The notes under the pieces: model-generated | Told to the model about the DNA's origin: nothing | The model's database searches: none | Seen by the model: only the letters and a program-made list of their open reading frames with translations | Assembly (NCBI GenBank): GCA_051530055.1 | Contig: CM121342.1 | Span: 15,763,480 to 15,827,479, forward strand | Direction: 5' to 3' | From: Neoechinorhynchus agilis | Lineage: Eukaryota > Animalia > Acanthocephala | Length of the DNA stretch: 64,000 nucleotides | Program-made: the position numbers and the translations under genes | Shown here: piece by piece, positions 13,661-25,581 of the stretch | Numbering within the stretch: position 1 is the stretch's first letter | Layout of the letters: every line of letters begins with the position of its first letter

Positions 13661-13989
13661 ATTACTAGGGAACTTGGTACCACCCTTAGAGTATATTCAG
13701 CCTGTAGTACTTAATGACTCTAAAATTACTGTGGAGTATGATATTGTGACTGGGACAAAAGGTAACGATGGGAAAAGCGAAAGGAATTCAGCTGAAGTAA
13801 CTACTAAGAAAGCTACAGTTCAACAAAAGGCCGAAGAATCCTCTGAACGAGTAGGAACAAGAGCAAAGGGAGGAACAAATAACTATAAGGTTATAAAGTT
13901 GACACCAACACCATCAAAATCAGTCAACCATCCGATTCATTTCTCTAATGATACGCCTTCTCCACCCCCATCATTTCTCGTTGCTCTGA

Positions 13990-14575
13990 ATCCGGCCCAT
14001 CGTATCATGACCACCTCCCTCAAGGATATAAATCGCACCATTTTTATTTCTGGCATGCCAGAAGCCCCTGCTACAAGTCCTGTCGCCGCTGATGCACACC
14101 ACCGCCACCAAATTCTTCGTATCGGTCAACTAATTTTCCCGACGTCAATCACTCATCCCAACTCAAAATTACGATTCGCTCCCGGACTTCTCTCTTTGGG
14201 GTAATCAATCGTTCTATATCGGCATCTTTTAACGATTCTTTCCTCAATCCATCACCCGCGACGAACAATTTAACCTCAATGTCCCACGTTCCCCTCGGTT
14301 TGCCAAAATCCAAAATTCACTTCCTCACCGTAATCTACTCCAATATTCGTAGCCATACCGAGAGGACCGTCACGGGATCTCAATTTACGTACGTCAATCG
14401 CTACCATACTCTTTATCGCTCATAGGCTATCTACAAAACCCCGATCAGCTCCTTGCTGGCGTCTATCGCCCTCCTGCCTCACGTCCTGAATTCTCTTTGC
14501 TCCAACTTGATTCTATGATCGAGCTCATAAACTCCACAAATTCGCACCATTTCTTAATTGCAGGAGATTTTAAGC
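13990..14575 (+). mobile_element. LINE ORF1 and APE remnant
   Basis: IFISGMPE..LRF ORF1-like stretch, followed by IYSNIRS, GVYRPP and LIAGDF endonuclease fragments. Confidence 0.6.
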
Positions 14576-14639
14576 TGATTGAAGGCCTCTTTATTGTGTA
14601 TCCTCATGTATATGGTTTTTGATTTTTTGGACGTTGAGG

Positions 14640-15898
14640 GACACACACAATCTTTTATTGAATCCGATATTTCGGCGCCTCACGCCTTCTTCAGGTTCCT
14701 TGATACTCTAAAACACACAAAGGGAGTTCACAAGAGGTCCATGCTCCCTGTCAATTCGTCTCGGCGGTTCAGGTTTTCCCGTTCGCAGCCGAGATCCCCA
14801 CTTGCACCCGACCGCACTACCCAATAACGGTTCATCAGCAGGGCTTCCGAGATAGAGAGTTCAATGGGATCTGATGCCCGATAAAGAACCCCAACGTCAA
14901 AAACAGGGCTGGCTCCCTCGTGGCGGGTAGCGAAGTGGGTGCCCCAGGGCGTTGATGCGTACGCTGGACTGGTCGGATTGCGTGCATTACGCACGTGTTC
15001 AGTGATGCGTTCACGCAGTGTTCGCTCTGTTTTCCCGACATAATTGCAGGAACGTCCTTCATCCTTACAGTTCCTGCAGGTGATCTCGTAGACGACGCTG
15101 CTTGAGAAGCAATCGCTTTTTGCCCCAGCATTCCTCGGGCAGTGCTTGCACATCAGACAGGCCTTTGGGCAAATCCTCGTATCTTCGTGATGCATTGTCC
15201 GCATTAGCATCCGCTTTAGCGACGGATTTGTCCTGTGCACTACTCGTGCTTCAATGCCGCAGTCACGTATGGCCTTCTTGACGTTCCAAGTAAAATGTTC
15301 GGACACGTACGGGATTCGAAGAAGAGGAAGATCGTTTTTCCGGTTTCGACTTCCAACTGGTCGTTCCATTCTTTGCATCATCCTCTTAAGATCCAGCTTC
15401 GAATAGCCATTCTTTTCGAACAATTCACAGACCCGTTCCTCCGCTTCCTTCCTTACGAGAGCCGTCGACGAACACATTTGTGCCGTTCTAAGCATTTCTC
15501 CGAAGATTGCTTGTTTCACAGCCCATGGGTGGTGCGATCGTCGATGCAGGACAATATCCTTCTTGCACGGTTTCCTGAACCAGTTGTGTTCGGCAGGATT
15601 GTCTGCTTTTAGCTTTATGTTCAGGAAGGGCAGGTAGTCACGTGGTTGATCTCGCGTAACCTGAATATGACCATTCGGATCCATCGAATTGAGGCTTTGC
15701 TCGATTATATCAACCTCACAATCCTGTCGGTAGGTCAGCAACACATCATCTACGTATCGGAGATATAATTGACTCGACGACAATTGTGGGTAGATGTGAT
15801 GCCTTTCCAACCCATCAAGGAAAGTGCAAGCTAATATGGGAGCTAGGCAGTTGCCCATCGCGAGACCACGGACTTGCCTGTATAGCCGACCGCTGAAG
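14640..15898 (-). mobile_element. 5'-truncated Penelope-like element (RT C-terminal half + GIY-YIG endonuclease)
   Basis: FSGRLYRQVRGLAMGNCLAP, YLRYVDD, PFLNI, VVYEITC..YVGKT.R.L.ERI.EH..SEAL. ORF 14728-15858 is intact to its stop; AATAAA downstream. Confidence 0.92.
14660..14699 (-). ncRNA. Minimal (Penelope-type) hammerhead ribozyme motif
   Basis: Minus strand CTGAAGA-a-ggcg-tgagg-cgcc-GAAA-ta-TC-gg: stem II pairs, palindromic ATAT stem III, weak stem I. Confidence 0.55.
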
Positions 15899-16131
15899 GG
15901 AGGAAACCCACTGATGAGTCCCGCCTCCTGGAGGTATCTGAGGATCCGGAGGAATGTACAAACTCTTAACCGACATTAGAGACTATGTGGTTATATCACT
16001 TCTCTGATGTAATTGGTTTGGCTTTATGCCTAAATAAAATAAGCCGGACAAGAAAAGGATTGACTAAAATTGAATGATGATAACATACCGGCTTGCCAGT
16101 AAAACTTAAAATAGAACACAGCGCTCACCCT
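15889..16131 (+). repeat. Copy 1 (5'-truncated) of the tRNA-SINE/hammerhead unit
   Basis: Near-identical to 16270-16492 and 17354-17540; lacks the GGGAC-GAAA strand. Confidence 0.85.
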
Positions 16132-16170
16132 GAGTCGATAAACTGGCTGAGTTTGACATTTCGTAGTTGT

Positions 16171-16492
16171 GTCGAGGTGGCCAAGTGGACTGATGCCCGT
16201 GATCCCGATTAGGGGTCAAGTGGTTCGAATCCGTTACCACCAATGGCGCACAGCCAAAGGGGACGAAATACCGCTGAAGGGAGGAAACTCACTGATGAGT
16301 CCCGCTTCCTGGAGGTATCTGAGGATCCGGAGGAATGTAACTCTTAACCGTGCATTAGAGACTATGTGGTTATATCACTTCTCTGATGTAATTGGTTTGG
16401 CTTTTATGCCTAAAAATAAGCCGGACAAGAAAGGGATAGACTAAAATTTAATGATGATAACAATACCGGCTTGCCAGTAAAACTTAAAATAG
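16171..16492 (+). mobile_element. tRNA-derived SINE (copy 2, complete) with permuted hammerhead
   Basis: A box TGGCCAAGTGG (16178-16188) and B box GGTTCGAATCC (16222-16232); acceptor stem does not pair, so not a functional tRNA; hammerhead strands at 16260-16328. Confidence 0.8.
16260..16328 (+). ncRNA. Non-circularly permuted hammerhead ribozyme, predicted cleavage after C16319
   Basis: GGGAC-GAAA-TACC, then CTCA-CTGATGA-GTCCC, then GGTA-TC-TGAG. Stems II, III and I all pair, and stem I extends (GGA/TCC). Confidence 0.7.
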
Positions 16493-17220
16493 ATGTCCTC
16501 AACAGTCGAAGGAGCTCAACGCATGCTAAATAGACCGTGCAAGAGGGCGAGTATGATTGGTCTGAACATCAACTCGAAGAAGGCGGAATTCCTGACCATT
16601 CCGCATGTCGTGCATGCAGTCTCTGGCGAAGGGTCGAATGGCGTTGGGCAATTAAAACAGATAGAGCGGTATGTCTATCTGGGAGCTGTCGTTCCTGAGG
16701 TGAGTGCGGATGTCAGCCGAAGGAGAGCTATAGCTTGGAGAGCAATGGGGCAACTTAAACAACTGTTTGACAGCGTCTTTGCCAGACGAACTCCGTTCGA
16801 AGCTGTTTAGGGCTCTAATTGAGAGCATTCTCTACTACAATGCAGAGACCCTGGACACTGTCAACAGCGGCGACGAGGCAGTTGGATCAAAATCATTCAT
16901 CTCTCTTACGTGCGGCGTTCAAGGTCAGATGGCCAGATAAAGTGACCAACAAAGCACTGTATAAGAGAGCCGGAGTCCAACCGCACAGTGAATATTTGCG
17001 CCGCAGACGACTGCAGTTCACGGGCAATATAATTCGGTCCGAGGCATCTTGCCCACAGGTCGTGCAACAGTTCCTTTTCTGGAAGCCAGCGACATTGTAT
17101 TGCAAAGGCAAAGGGAACTGTCGTACATACGATGACCTGATTTTAAGAGGCGCGAATTGCCCGCATAACAGGTCTGCTGTTGTGTATTTTAGATCCCTTG
17201 CGGAGTCTAATTCTATTTGA
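16493..17220 (+). mobile_element. RTE-like LINE RT 3' fragment
   Basis: GLNINSKK, YVYLG, RRRAIAWRAM, WTLS, RRRRLQF.G..IR; frameshifted. Confidence 0.75.
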
Positions 17221-17327
17221 CGGGCTTATATCTATGGTGCAACGTAGAAAAGTACCGTTGCATACATACATTACAATGGCAAGGGAGAGAGGCGCGGATA
17301 ATAACACGTTTTTTTATTATTTCAGAA

Positions 17328-17540
17328 ATGACGCACAGCCAAAGGGGACGAGATACCGCTGAAGGGAGGAAACTCACTGATGAGTCCCGCCTCCTGGAGG
17401 TATCTGAGGATCCGGAGGAATGTACAAACTCTTAACCGACATTAGAGACTATGTGGTTATATCACTTCTCTGATGTAATTGGTTTGGCTTTATGCCTAAA
17501 TAAAATAAGCCGGACAAGAAAGGGATTGACTAAAATTGAA
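17328..17540 (+). repeat. Copy 3 of the hammerhead unit (GAAA mutated to GAGA; no tRNA head)
   Basis: Near-identical to copies 1 and 2. Confidence 0.85.
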
Positions 17541-19589
17541 TTACTTAAGTTTACTGTTTGTCGACTTTAATGTTCAAAAGCAGAATTCTTAATTTTATCA
17601 GCAAAATAGCAGATCAATTCAATTCCAAGGAATGCAAACGAAGCGAACATTAATGCGTGAAGATTGAGAAAGCGAATTAAGTTGCAAGGACGCCACCCTT
17701 TTTCAACTTCTCAACAACAAACTATCGCCCAACGGAATTCACTTCTCCTTCAGGTCTATTCCAATTTCGGTCTAAACGCGTGGCAGATCCACTGACTGGC
17801 CTCTTATCTTCACAATCGCGAACAATACATTCATTGCCGGGACATCGCCGTGATCATCAAATCCCTCCCAAGAGGCGTACCCCAAGGTGCCACCCTGTAA
17901 CCACTTTGCTACGTTTCCTTTTTTCGTTTATATCATAAAGATGCTCTCGTTTCTAAAGTAATTATTTGAGGAGAATCTAATATATTGAGTTGAAAAAAGG
18001 CTACAAACTTATACACTGATTGTGGTATCTTAACGTCAGTTCTTCTAGTTTTACAATCAAAGCAGCAATGATGAGAAAATGCATATTCCGACATTTCGCT
18101 CGAAAATATCTGATCAACGCACAATTTTATAGGTCCATTGATATTATAATAACACTTTTATTTGTTAGTTAACAAAGAAAACGATCCATGTATCTTTGGG
18201 TATTGAGAACACTCGAATTCGCAGGAGAGATTGTGAGGTTGGGACTTTCCTCCGGTAATGAGCGGAGGTAGAGATTTGTGCGAGGAACCGAAGGATGGAA
18301 AATGTACTCGGTAAACTGGTTCCTGTACTGAATGTGTTCAATGTCTAATTGAACACTCGAAATAGAAGAAACATTCTCGAGATAAAGTGTACATTTCATT
18401 GCAACTCAAAAAGTTTGGTTAGAAACTCCACTTCACCAAGTTGAGTAATCGTTGAAGTTAGGAAAAACCACAGCCTTATGTAAAGCAGAAGCGAGAGTGT
18501 TTCCGACAAAGACAGCGATTGTCGATTTAAACAAGTTATTCATTTGTACGAAGTCGCAAAAGATAATAAAACTTGTTTTCAAGTGAACTTTTAATGAGCG
18601 GAATCTCACGAAATTGACCAGTCGATTCATCGTCATTTCGGTTATTATCGGCCACTATTTAAAGTCTGTCCGGATGTGCAATCAAAAGTTTATAAAGTTC
18701 GGCAGCATTCGACTTTATGAAATTCAGCATTCCAATGGTTCGCTTACATCTTAAGAGCCTAAATTCATTAAGAAAGCAGCTCAAGTGTTTGCACACGGAA
18801 GAAGGCAAATGGCTGAGAAAGCTTGTAAATCAAATTTTTCATACGTTGGTCTGAATGCAAAATTATGAAAGTGGTTGAAATGATCCGTTCGCATGCTGCG
18901 ATGTAATATTTTTGTTACTAAAAGAATTGATATATTTTCTACTTTGTAAAGAATTGATATATTTTGTTTGGTGATATAGAGATTGATTTATTATTTGCCT
19001 TTTAAAATATTTCGTCCGTCGGATTTCTTCAGGTTGCTTGAAAGTGAGACGGACGAAATATTGTAAAGGGTAAATAATAGATCAATATCTAAAGAACAAA
19101 ATATTTTCCATTTTGCCTCTGATTTTACGATGTGGTTAATAAAAAGCATTAAACCATTATCGGTCATTTTTATTTCTCTATCTGAAATGCTGACGTTTTC
19201 ATTTTAACTATAGAACAGTAAAGACCTCTGCCACTACTTCGAGAGCTTTTGTAAAGAACTCCCATACAAATTTGTTCGTGATCATTTATCAACCGGAACT
19301 GAATGCCAAACTATTCATTGTGACTATCGATGAATCTAACCATCGAAACTAATTGAGCTCTGTCCGATTTTGAAGCACTCGGTTTTCCTTACGGGCATAT
19401 TCTGTAAAGGCTTCTAAGACGAGGCTCAAAAAAATTTCCTTATCGTATGAACCCAACATATTGCAAACGTTGCTTGATAAATAGTCATATTTAACTTCTT
19501 TCCCAACGTTATATACCAACGTTATTGACCTTTTTTCGTTTTTATAGGGTTTCCAGAAATTACATCCGGCTTTGTACCATCGGCGTTTA

Positions 19590-20155
19590 CCAGTGGAAAT
19601 CACAGTTCCAGCAATGGGACGAAATGAAATGAAAATGAGTTTTTCTGCTAACCCAAATAGCTAAATATTACCTTTTACGACAGAAACTCGACATCTGAGT
19701 ATGATTGAATGTTCCAGGAGATGCGGGAAATCGCTAAACGCGGTAATTTGATGGTGATAAGCGATAGTGATACAAGGCGACATTTAGATTCTGGGTACCT
19801 AATAAAAACGAGATTTAAATATGAAATAGTTTTCTCGGATCAAGCGAATGTCGTAACTGAGAAAGGCCCAAATATTCGTAACGTAATCAACTGCGAGGAA
19901 GTTCTACGAATTTGGTGAAATGACCTTTTTTCGTTTTATTGGGTATTCAGAATCTAAATGTCACCTTGTATCATTACTGCTTTTCACGAGCTGAATACCG
20001 CGTTTAACTTCCTGCATCTCCTGAAACATTCGATCGTACTCAGGTGATGTCGAATTTAAGTCGTAAAAGGTAATATTTAGTCATTTGGGTTACCAGACAA
20101 ACTCATTTTCATTTCTTTTCGTCCTATTGCTTAAGCTGTCGTTTCCACTGATTGT
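19590..20155. repeat. Diverged inverted repeat, ~230 bp arms with ~110 bp spacer
   Basis: 19590-19815 aligns to the reverse complement of 19925-20155 at roughly 80 percent identity by eye. Confidence 0.75.
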
Positions 20156-20483
20156 TCGATCTTTGTCGCCAACCAAACTTCTTAGATGATCCATAAATTT
20201 TTCCAACAAGTACTTGCTTAAATACTCAGTATATCAAAATTCGTCTCTCTTTCAAAATATATTTGCAAATAGAGACACACCAGAATCTTCCAAGGATATT
20301 TCGTTTAATTTAAAGTCATTTTTGTATCCTTCAGCGCTTAAAGCGTGAACCCCTAAAACTATTTCATTTCGCTCTTTTTAAACTAAGTAAAACCTTGCTT
20401 TTTTCCCTGCTCATCATCGAAGAAATAAAAATTGATGTACAATTCGCTTTGATATACTCCTTTACCATCCATATTTTCCTTAG

Positions 20484-23400
20484 ATGTCAGCAGAAAAAAA
20501 GAGCACTGTGAAGCTTGAGTACATGATGTCTATTCAGCGACGAATGCAAGATAAGTGGAAACGGGACAAGGAGTTTGATGTAGACGCTGGTCCACTTGGC
20601 ACTGATAAATACTTTGTATCGTTTCCTTATCCTTACATGAACGGATACCTTCATCTCGGTCATACGTTCACTTTAACAAAATGTGAGTTTGCCTCCACTT
20701 ATTACCGACTTCGTGGACGCAAATCGCTATTTCCCATGGCTTTCCATTGTACGGGAATGCCCATAAAAGCGAGTGCTGACAAGCTGAGAAGAGAAATGGA
20801 TGAGTTTGGATTCCCACCACAGTTCCCACGAGAAGATAATCACGAAACTGAAGCGGTCAACAAACCAAACGAACTCACAACAGAAAAATTTAAAAGTAAG
20901 AAGAGTAAAACCGTGGCGAAAACGGGCAATGCTAAATATCAATGGGAGATAATGCGTCAGATGGGTCTCCAAGACGAGCAGATTAAGCTTTTTAGAGATC
21001 CTCTTCATTGGTTGCACTATTTTCCCCAACATTGCAGGTCTGATCTAGACTACATTGGTTTTAAGATTGACTGGCGCCGATCGTTTGTAACGACAAACTA
21101 TAACCGCTGGTATGACCGTTTCGTGCGATGGCAAATGCGTAAGTTGAAGGAAGGTGGTCGAATTATGTTTGGCAAAAGGTATACAATATTCTGTCCGTTG
21201 GACAATCAGCCTTGTATGGACCACGATCGATCCAGTGGAGAAGGAGTTGGTCCACAAGAATATATTCTAATAAAGTTTAAGCTAAATAGATCAGACGTCC
21301 CTTCCTTTTTGAGCGAAGATCAATCACGTGTGTTTTTGTTGGCAGCAACTCTACGACCTGAGACAATGTACGGATTGACTAATTGTTGGGTTCATCCTGA
21401 TATTGAATACCAAGCAGTTCGAGCGATGGATGGTAGCGTTTTCGTGTGTACAGGACGATCGGCACGGAATATGGCTTACCAGGATGTGATCGAGTATACA
21501 ACCGAAGGGAACCAAAGGTATCCCGTCGTGTTGGCTACGTTCAAAGGAAGCGAAATAGTCGGTAAAGCGATTGTGGACGCTCCATTAAGTACTCATAAGC
21601 TTATATATGTTCTACCAATGCTATCTCTATCGGAATCCAAAGGAACAGGAATCGTTGCCAGTGTCCCGTCCGACTCTCCGGATGACTTCGCTGCATTAGA
21701 AGATCTGCGCCTAAAAAAAGCGTTAAGGGAGAAATACGGGGTTTCAGACGAAATGATTCTGGATCCGGTTCCTATCATCGAGATCAATGATTTAGGCATT
21801 CTGAGCGCACCAAAGTTGTGTACAGAAATGGCAATCAAAAGTCAGAACGATCGAGATGCTCTTTGTAATGCGAAGGAGGTAATCTATATGCGAGGATTCT
21901 ACGAGGGAAAGATGATCATAGGAGAATTTAGCGGTAAAGCAGTAAAGGACGTCAAAGTAAAGATAAGAAATATCCTTATTCATCAAAAGAACGCTCTAAT
22001 TTATAATGAACCAGAAAAAGAAGTTGTAAGTCGATCTGGTGATGAATGCGTGGTAGCTTTATGTGACCAATGGTATCTGGATTATGGTAATCATGAATGG
22101 AAACAGCAAACTCTTTCGGCGTGTGAAGCAATCGAATTGTTCAGTGTAGAAGCCAAGAATAATCTGATCCATACGATCGAGAATCTTCACGAACACGCTT
22201 GTTCTAGATCTTATGGTCTAGGTAGTCAGGTTCCATGGGACGAACAGTACTTAATTGAGTCTTTAACTGATTCCACGATCTACATGGCCTATTATACTAT
22301 TTCCCATCTACTTAAGTCTGTCGATATCGAACTTTTCGACGAAGATCAATCAGATCGCCTGTTCAATTACTTGTTTTGCCTAAGCGATGACCGATCGGGA
22401 CTTCCATCTGTGAACAGTTTGTCTGCACTTATTGACCAAATGAGACACGAATTCCAATTTTGGTATCCATTGGACCTCAGATGCACGGGAAAAGACCTCC
22501 TGCAAAATCACATCGCTTACTTCATATACACGCATTGTGCATTATTCAGGAGTCAATATTGGCCTCGAGCGGTAAACGCTAATGGTCTTCTTCAGTTGAA
22601 TTCTGCCAAAATGTCCAAATCAACTGGAAACTTTATGACCCTTCGACAGGCGATCGACAAGTACTCTGCTGATGCCACACGACTTGTTTTGGCCGACGCC
22701 GGAGATACAATTGAAGATGCTAACTTTGTAGAGTCTCAAGCCGACGCCGTCCTTCTTCGACTTTACACCTTCACTCAATGGGCAATCGATATAGTCAATC
22801 GATTGGATAGTCCAGCTGAAGATTGGCGAGATGACCAATCATTTGCCGACGGTGTGTTTCTAAACAGAATTTATGATTTAATTGGGAAGACAACGCATGC
22901 AATAGAAGCCATGCAGTTCAAAGAAGCTGTCAAGCATGCTTTTTTTGAATTGCAGATTGCTAGGGATGAATATCAAGAACTTAGCGGCCGTCGAATGAAT
23001 CGCGCATTGGTTAAGTTTTATCTTCAAAATCAACTTGTGTTGATGTCCGTCTTTTGCCCGCATACGGCTGAATATATTTACTGCAAATTTCAAGGAACAA
23101 CCGTAGGATCAGTTTTAAATGAACGCTGGCCAGACAAATCTGTTTCAATCGACCAATCAATACTGGATGCTGCCGATCACCTCGTGGCTTTCATGAGTGA
23201 AGCTAGAAAGAAATTAGAAACTTACTTAAAGAAAACAAACGAAGTGACCCATTTGGATATTTTTATTGCGACTTCTTATCCTGATTGGCAACATAGAATT
23301 CTGGAGATCATGCAGAAGAGTTTTGATGAATGTCGTAAATTGGAAGGTCCAAATGCCGTTCCTGATAACCGAAAACTACTTTCTCGCTTTGCTACCGATC

Positions 23401-23990
23401 CACTTCTCAGTTCCCAGTCGAAGCAGATCCAAAAACGACAAATGCCATTTGCTCAAATGATGAAGGAAAAATTCACAAGGTCATTTGGAACTCTTCAACT
23501 GTTCCCATTCAATGAATTTGAAATGTTCAGCGATCCAATAGTGACCCAGTACATCTCCCGTTCTACTCGAAACACAGTTGTTAATGTTCAGAAGGATGCA
23601 GGATCCCAAGCACTGCCGTATAAGCCCATTATTAAATTCTCAACCCGAGTGTTCAGTCTTCTGAATATAGCTAATCCAGAACCACTGAGCGGATATGTTG
23701 AGCAAAGGAGCTTTCCGATTTTCGACAAAGAAATCGTTCGTGATACATCGAAGCGACTCATGGAATGCCTTAAAAGTTCGCAGTGCCGATTGGCTCTTTT
23801 AAATCGCCAAGATCTATCCATGCCTGCTTTTGGACAACACTTGAAAAGGTGTTCTCTATTAGAAGATGAGGATATGTTTCACGTAAACGAAAGTGGTCTC
23901 ATTTCCGTGTCCAAGCTCAATGCTTTACCCACAAAGTACGATTTGGACAATCGAAGATATGGTTTAGCATTTTTAGTCCTTGTTCAATAA
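20484..23990 (+). CDS. LARS1: Cytosolic leucyl-tRNA synthetase, intronless, 1168 aa
   Basis: FPYPYMNGYLHLGH, editing domain GTGIVASVPSDSPDD, KMSKS. Confidence 0.97.
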   Translation: MSAEKKSTVKLEYMMSIQRRMQDKWKRDKEFDVDAGPLGTDKYFVSFPYPYMNGYLHLGHTFTLTKCEFASTYYRLRGRKSLFPMAFHCTGMPIKASADKLRREMDEFGFPPQFPREDNHETEAVNKPNELTTEKFKSKKSKTVAKTGNAKYQWEIMRQMGLQDEQIKLFRDPLHWLHYFPQHCRSDLDYIGFKIDWRRSFVTTNYNRWYDRFVRWQMRKLKEGGRIMFGKRYTIFCPLDNQPCMDHDRSSGEGVGPQEYILIKFKLNRSDVPSFLSEDQSRVFLLAATLRPETMYGLTNCWVHPDIEYQAVRAMDGSVFVCTGRSARNMAYQDVIEYTTEGNQRYPVVLATFKGSEIVGKAIVDAPLSTHKLIYVLPMLSLSESKGTGIVASVPSDSPDDFAALEDLRLKKALREKYGVSDEMILDPVPIIEINDLGILSAPKLCTEMAIKSQNDRDALCNAKEVIYMRGFYEGKMIIGEFSGKAVKDVKVKIRNILIHQKNALIYNEPEKEVVSRSGDECVVALCDQWYLDYGNHEWKQQTLSACEAIELFSVEAKNNLIHTIENLHEHACSRSYGLGSQVPWDEQYLIESLTDSTIYMAYYTISHLLKSVDIELFDEDQSDRLFNYLFCLSDDRSGLPSVNSLSALIDQMRHEFQFWYPLDLRCTGKDLLQNHIAYFIYTHCALFRSQYWPRAVNANGLLQLNSAKMSKSTGNFMTLRQAIDKYSADATRLVLADAGDTIEDANFVESQADAVLLRLYTFTQWAIDIVNRLDSPAEDWRDDQSFADGVFLNRIYDLIGKTTHAIEAMQFKEAVKHAFFELQIARDEYQELSGRRMNRALVKFYLQNQLVLMSVFCPHTAEYIYCKFQGTTVGSVLNERWPDKSVSIDQSILDAADHLVAFMSEARKKLETYLKKTNEVTHLDIFIATSYPDWQHRILEIMQKSFDECRKLEGPNAVPDNRKLLSRFATDPLLSSQSKQIQKRQMPFAQMMKEKFTRSFGTLQLFPFNEFEMFSDPIVTQYISRSTRNTVVNVQKDAGSQALPYKPIIKFSTRVFSLLNIANPEPLSGYVEQRSFPIFDKEIVRDTSKRLMECLKSSQCRLALLNRQDLSMPAFGQHLKRCSLLEDEDMFHVNESGLISVSKLNALPTKYDLDNRRYGLAFLVLVQ

Positions 23991-24264
23991 ATCCGGTTTC
24001 CAAAAACCTGTATTCGTTTTGGACAAACAATAATTTATATTGCTGTTTTCTAATAATCAACTTTGAAGCCACAGAAATTTACAATCGATAACCTTATGTT
24101 CCTTAATAGTGGCTTCTTCTTTGAAGAACAAAACAGCTATCCGTACAATGGGACCTATCTTACAATTATTTTCGGAATTAAGTTAAGTAATTTATCTACA
24201 CTATATCAAGAATTTTCGAAATTGATAGAACAACCGCCAATTTTATACTTTGGTCTTATTTCAG

Positions 24265-25199
24265 ATGTTTCAGTGTTGTCTTCTACTGCGCACTGGAATT
24301 CTCTCCCGATGCTTAACAACAAGATGCATTTCTAGCATGAGCCACACCGATCCAGACGATAGAACATTCGACGATGAAGAAAAAGTGATTCAATTAAGGA
24401 GCAAATCCAATCGATTTAGAGTTAAGCGGCCTCGACAATATGACAAAACTCTTAACGAATTCGATGTCAACAATGTGATTGGTGTAGGTGAGAAAGTACC
24501 GATTCGTTACACAGAGCTTTTAACCTCTAACATTTTATGGAAGCAAGTGAAGGGAGCGAACAATATGACCCGTTTATGAACCCTGAATGGGTATATGATG
24601 AATATTATAAGAATCAAGACAATGTGAGCGTTCAATACGATCAGCAGACCTATGAGGACTATAACTCGGCGCAACCTCCGAGGCGAATACCTACACTATC
24701 CGAAGCTCCACCACTTGGGATATTTTCTAGTCAAGTCATGGCGGAAATCAGCGACACGAAGCTGGAACACTCGTCACCCGTATGGAAAGCCTTTTATGAG
24801 ATGGAGATGGAACAGCTGATGCAAAAGTCTCAACCGCCGAGGTCATGGTTCGACCATTGTGCCAGAATGACTAAGCAGGGTCGTCTATGGGAATTTCCAA
24901 TCAATAACGAACAAGATCTTGATGCCGAAGAAGAGGCGGAATCTAGAGTTCCATTCGAAGAGCATTCTCTTATTCAGCCACCAGAAGACAATCATCCTGC
25001 AATTCAGAATCCAATTGTTCAAGAATTTTTCGAACTAGCAACCGTCGGTCTCTCGAAGAATCATACACTGACTGCTGCTGAAAAACAAGAGCACCTTCGC
25101 TGGTTCGTCAAGTATTTCAAGGATAACCAGTACCTACTTGACCGGAAACCGATCACCCACCAGATCCACGCTAATGCTAGAGATGAATCCAAAAAATAA
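24265..25199 (+). CDS. MRPS31: Mitochondrial ribosomal protein mS31; one canonical 56 nt intron 24488-24543
   Basis: Transit-peptide-like N-terminus; QGRLWEFPINNEQ..FEEH..FFEL...GLSKN..LT..EK.EH..WF..YF. Intron AG/GTGAGA..CTAAC..AAG restores the frame. Confidence 0.85.
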
Positions 25200-25581
25200 G
25201 TCAGCAAATTTGTAAACGAATCGAATTGTGTACGGTCGATCAGAACATCAATTTGCAACTAAGACTGCTCTTTTATTGTTTCAAAAGCAGCGGAATTTTT
25301 ATTAAAGGACAATACTTGTAATTCTCAAACATTGCTTTAATCAATTTCAAAAATTCCAATTCTTAATCGTGCAAAAATTTCGTATTTTTATCTCCCAACA
25401 ATGCATAAAGAGCAATGCGTTCTATTAAGGTTTAAAATCGATGCGTACATCACGTCATTAAAGAGTAGACATCATCGGATATTCCACGGGGAAAATGTTT
25501 ATGCAAATATCTTGGTTTTAATCACCGAATCCGTCAGTTACTGCGCAGATTTTCTTTTAAAGGCTTAATAATAACACCTAT

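Noticed and set aside
16171-16243. Functional tRNA gene
   Set aside because: A/B boxes are present but the acceptor stem does not pair and it runs into a repeated body; treated as a SINE head.
24488-24543. MRPS31 apparent frameshift
   Set aside because: Explained by a textbook GT-AG intron with a CTAAC branch point.
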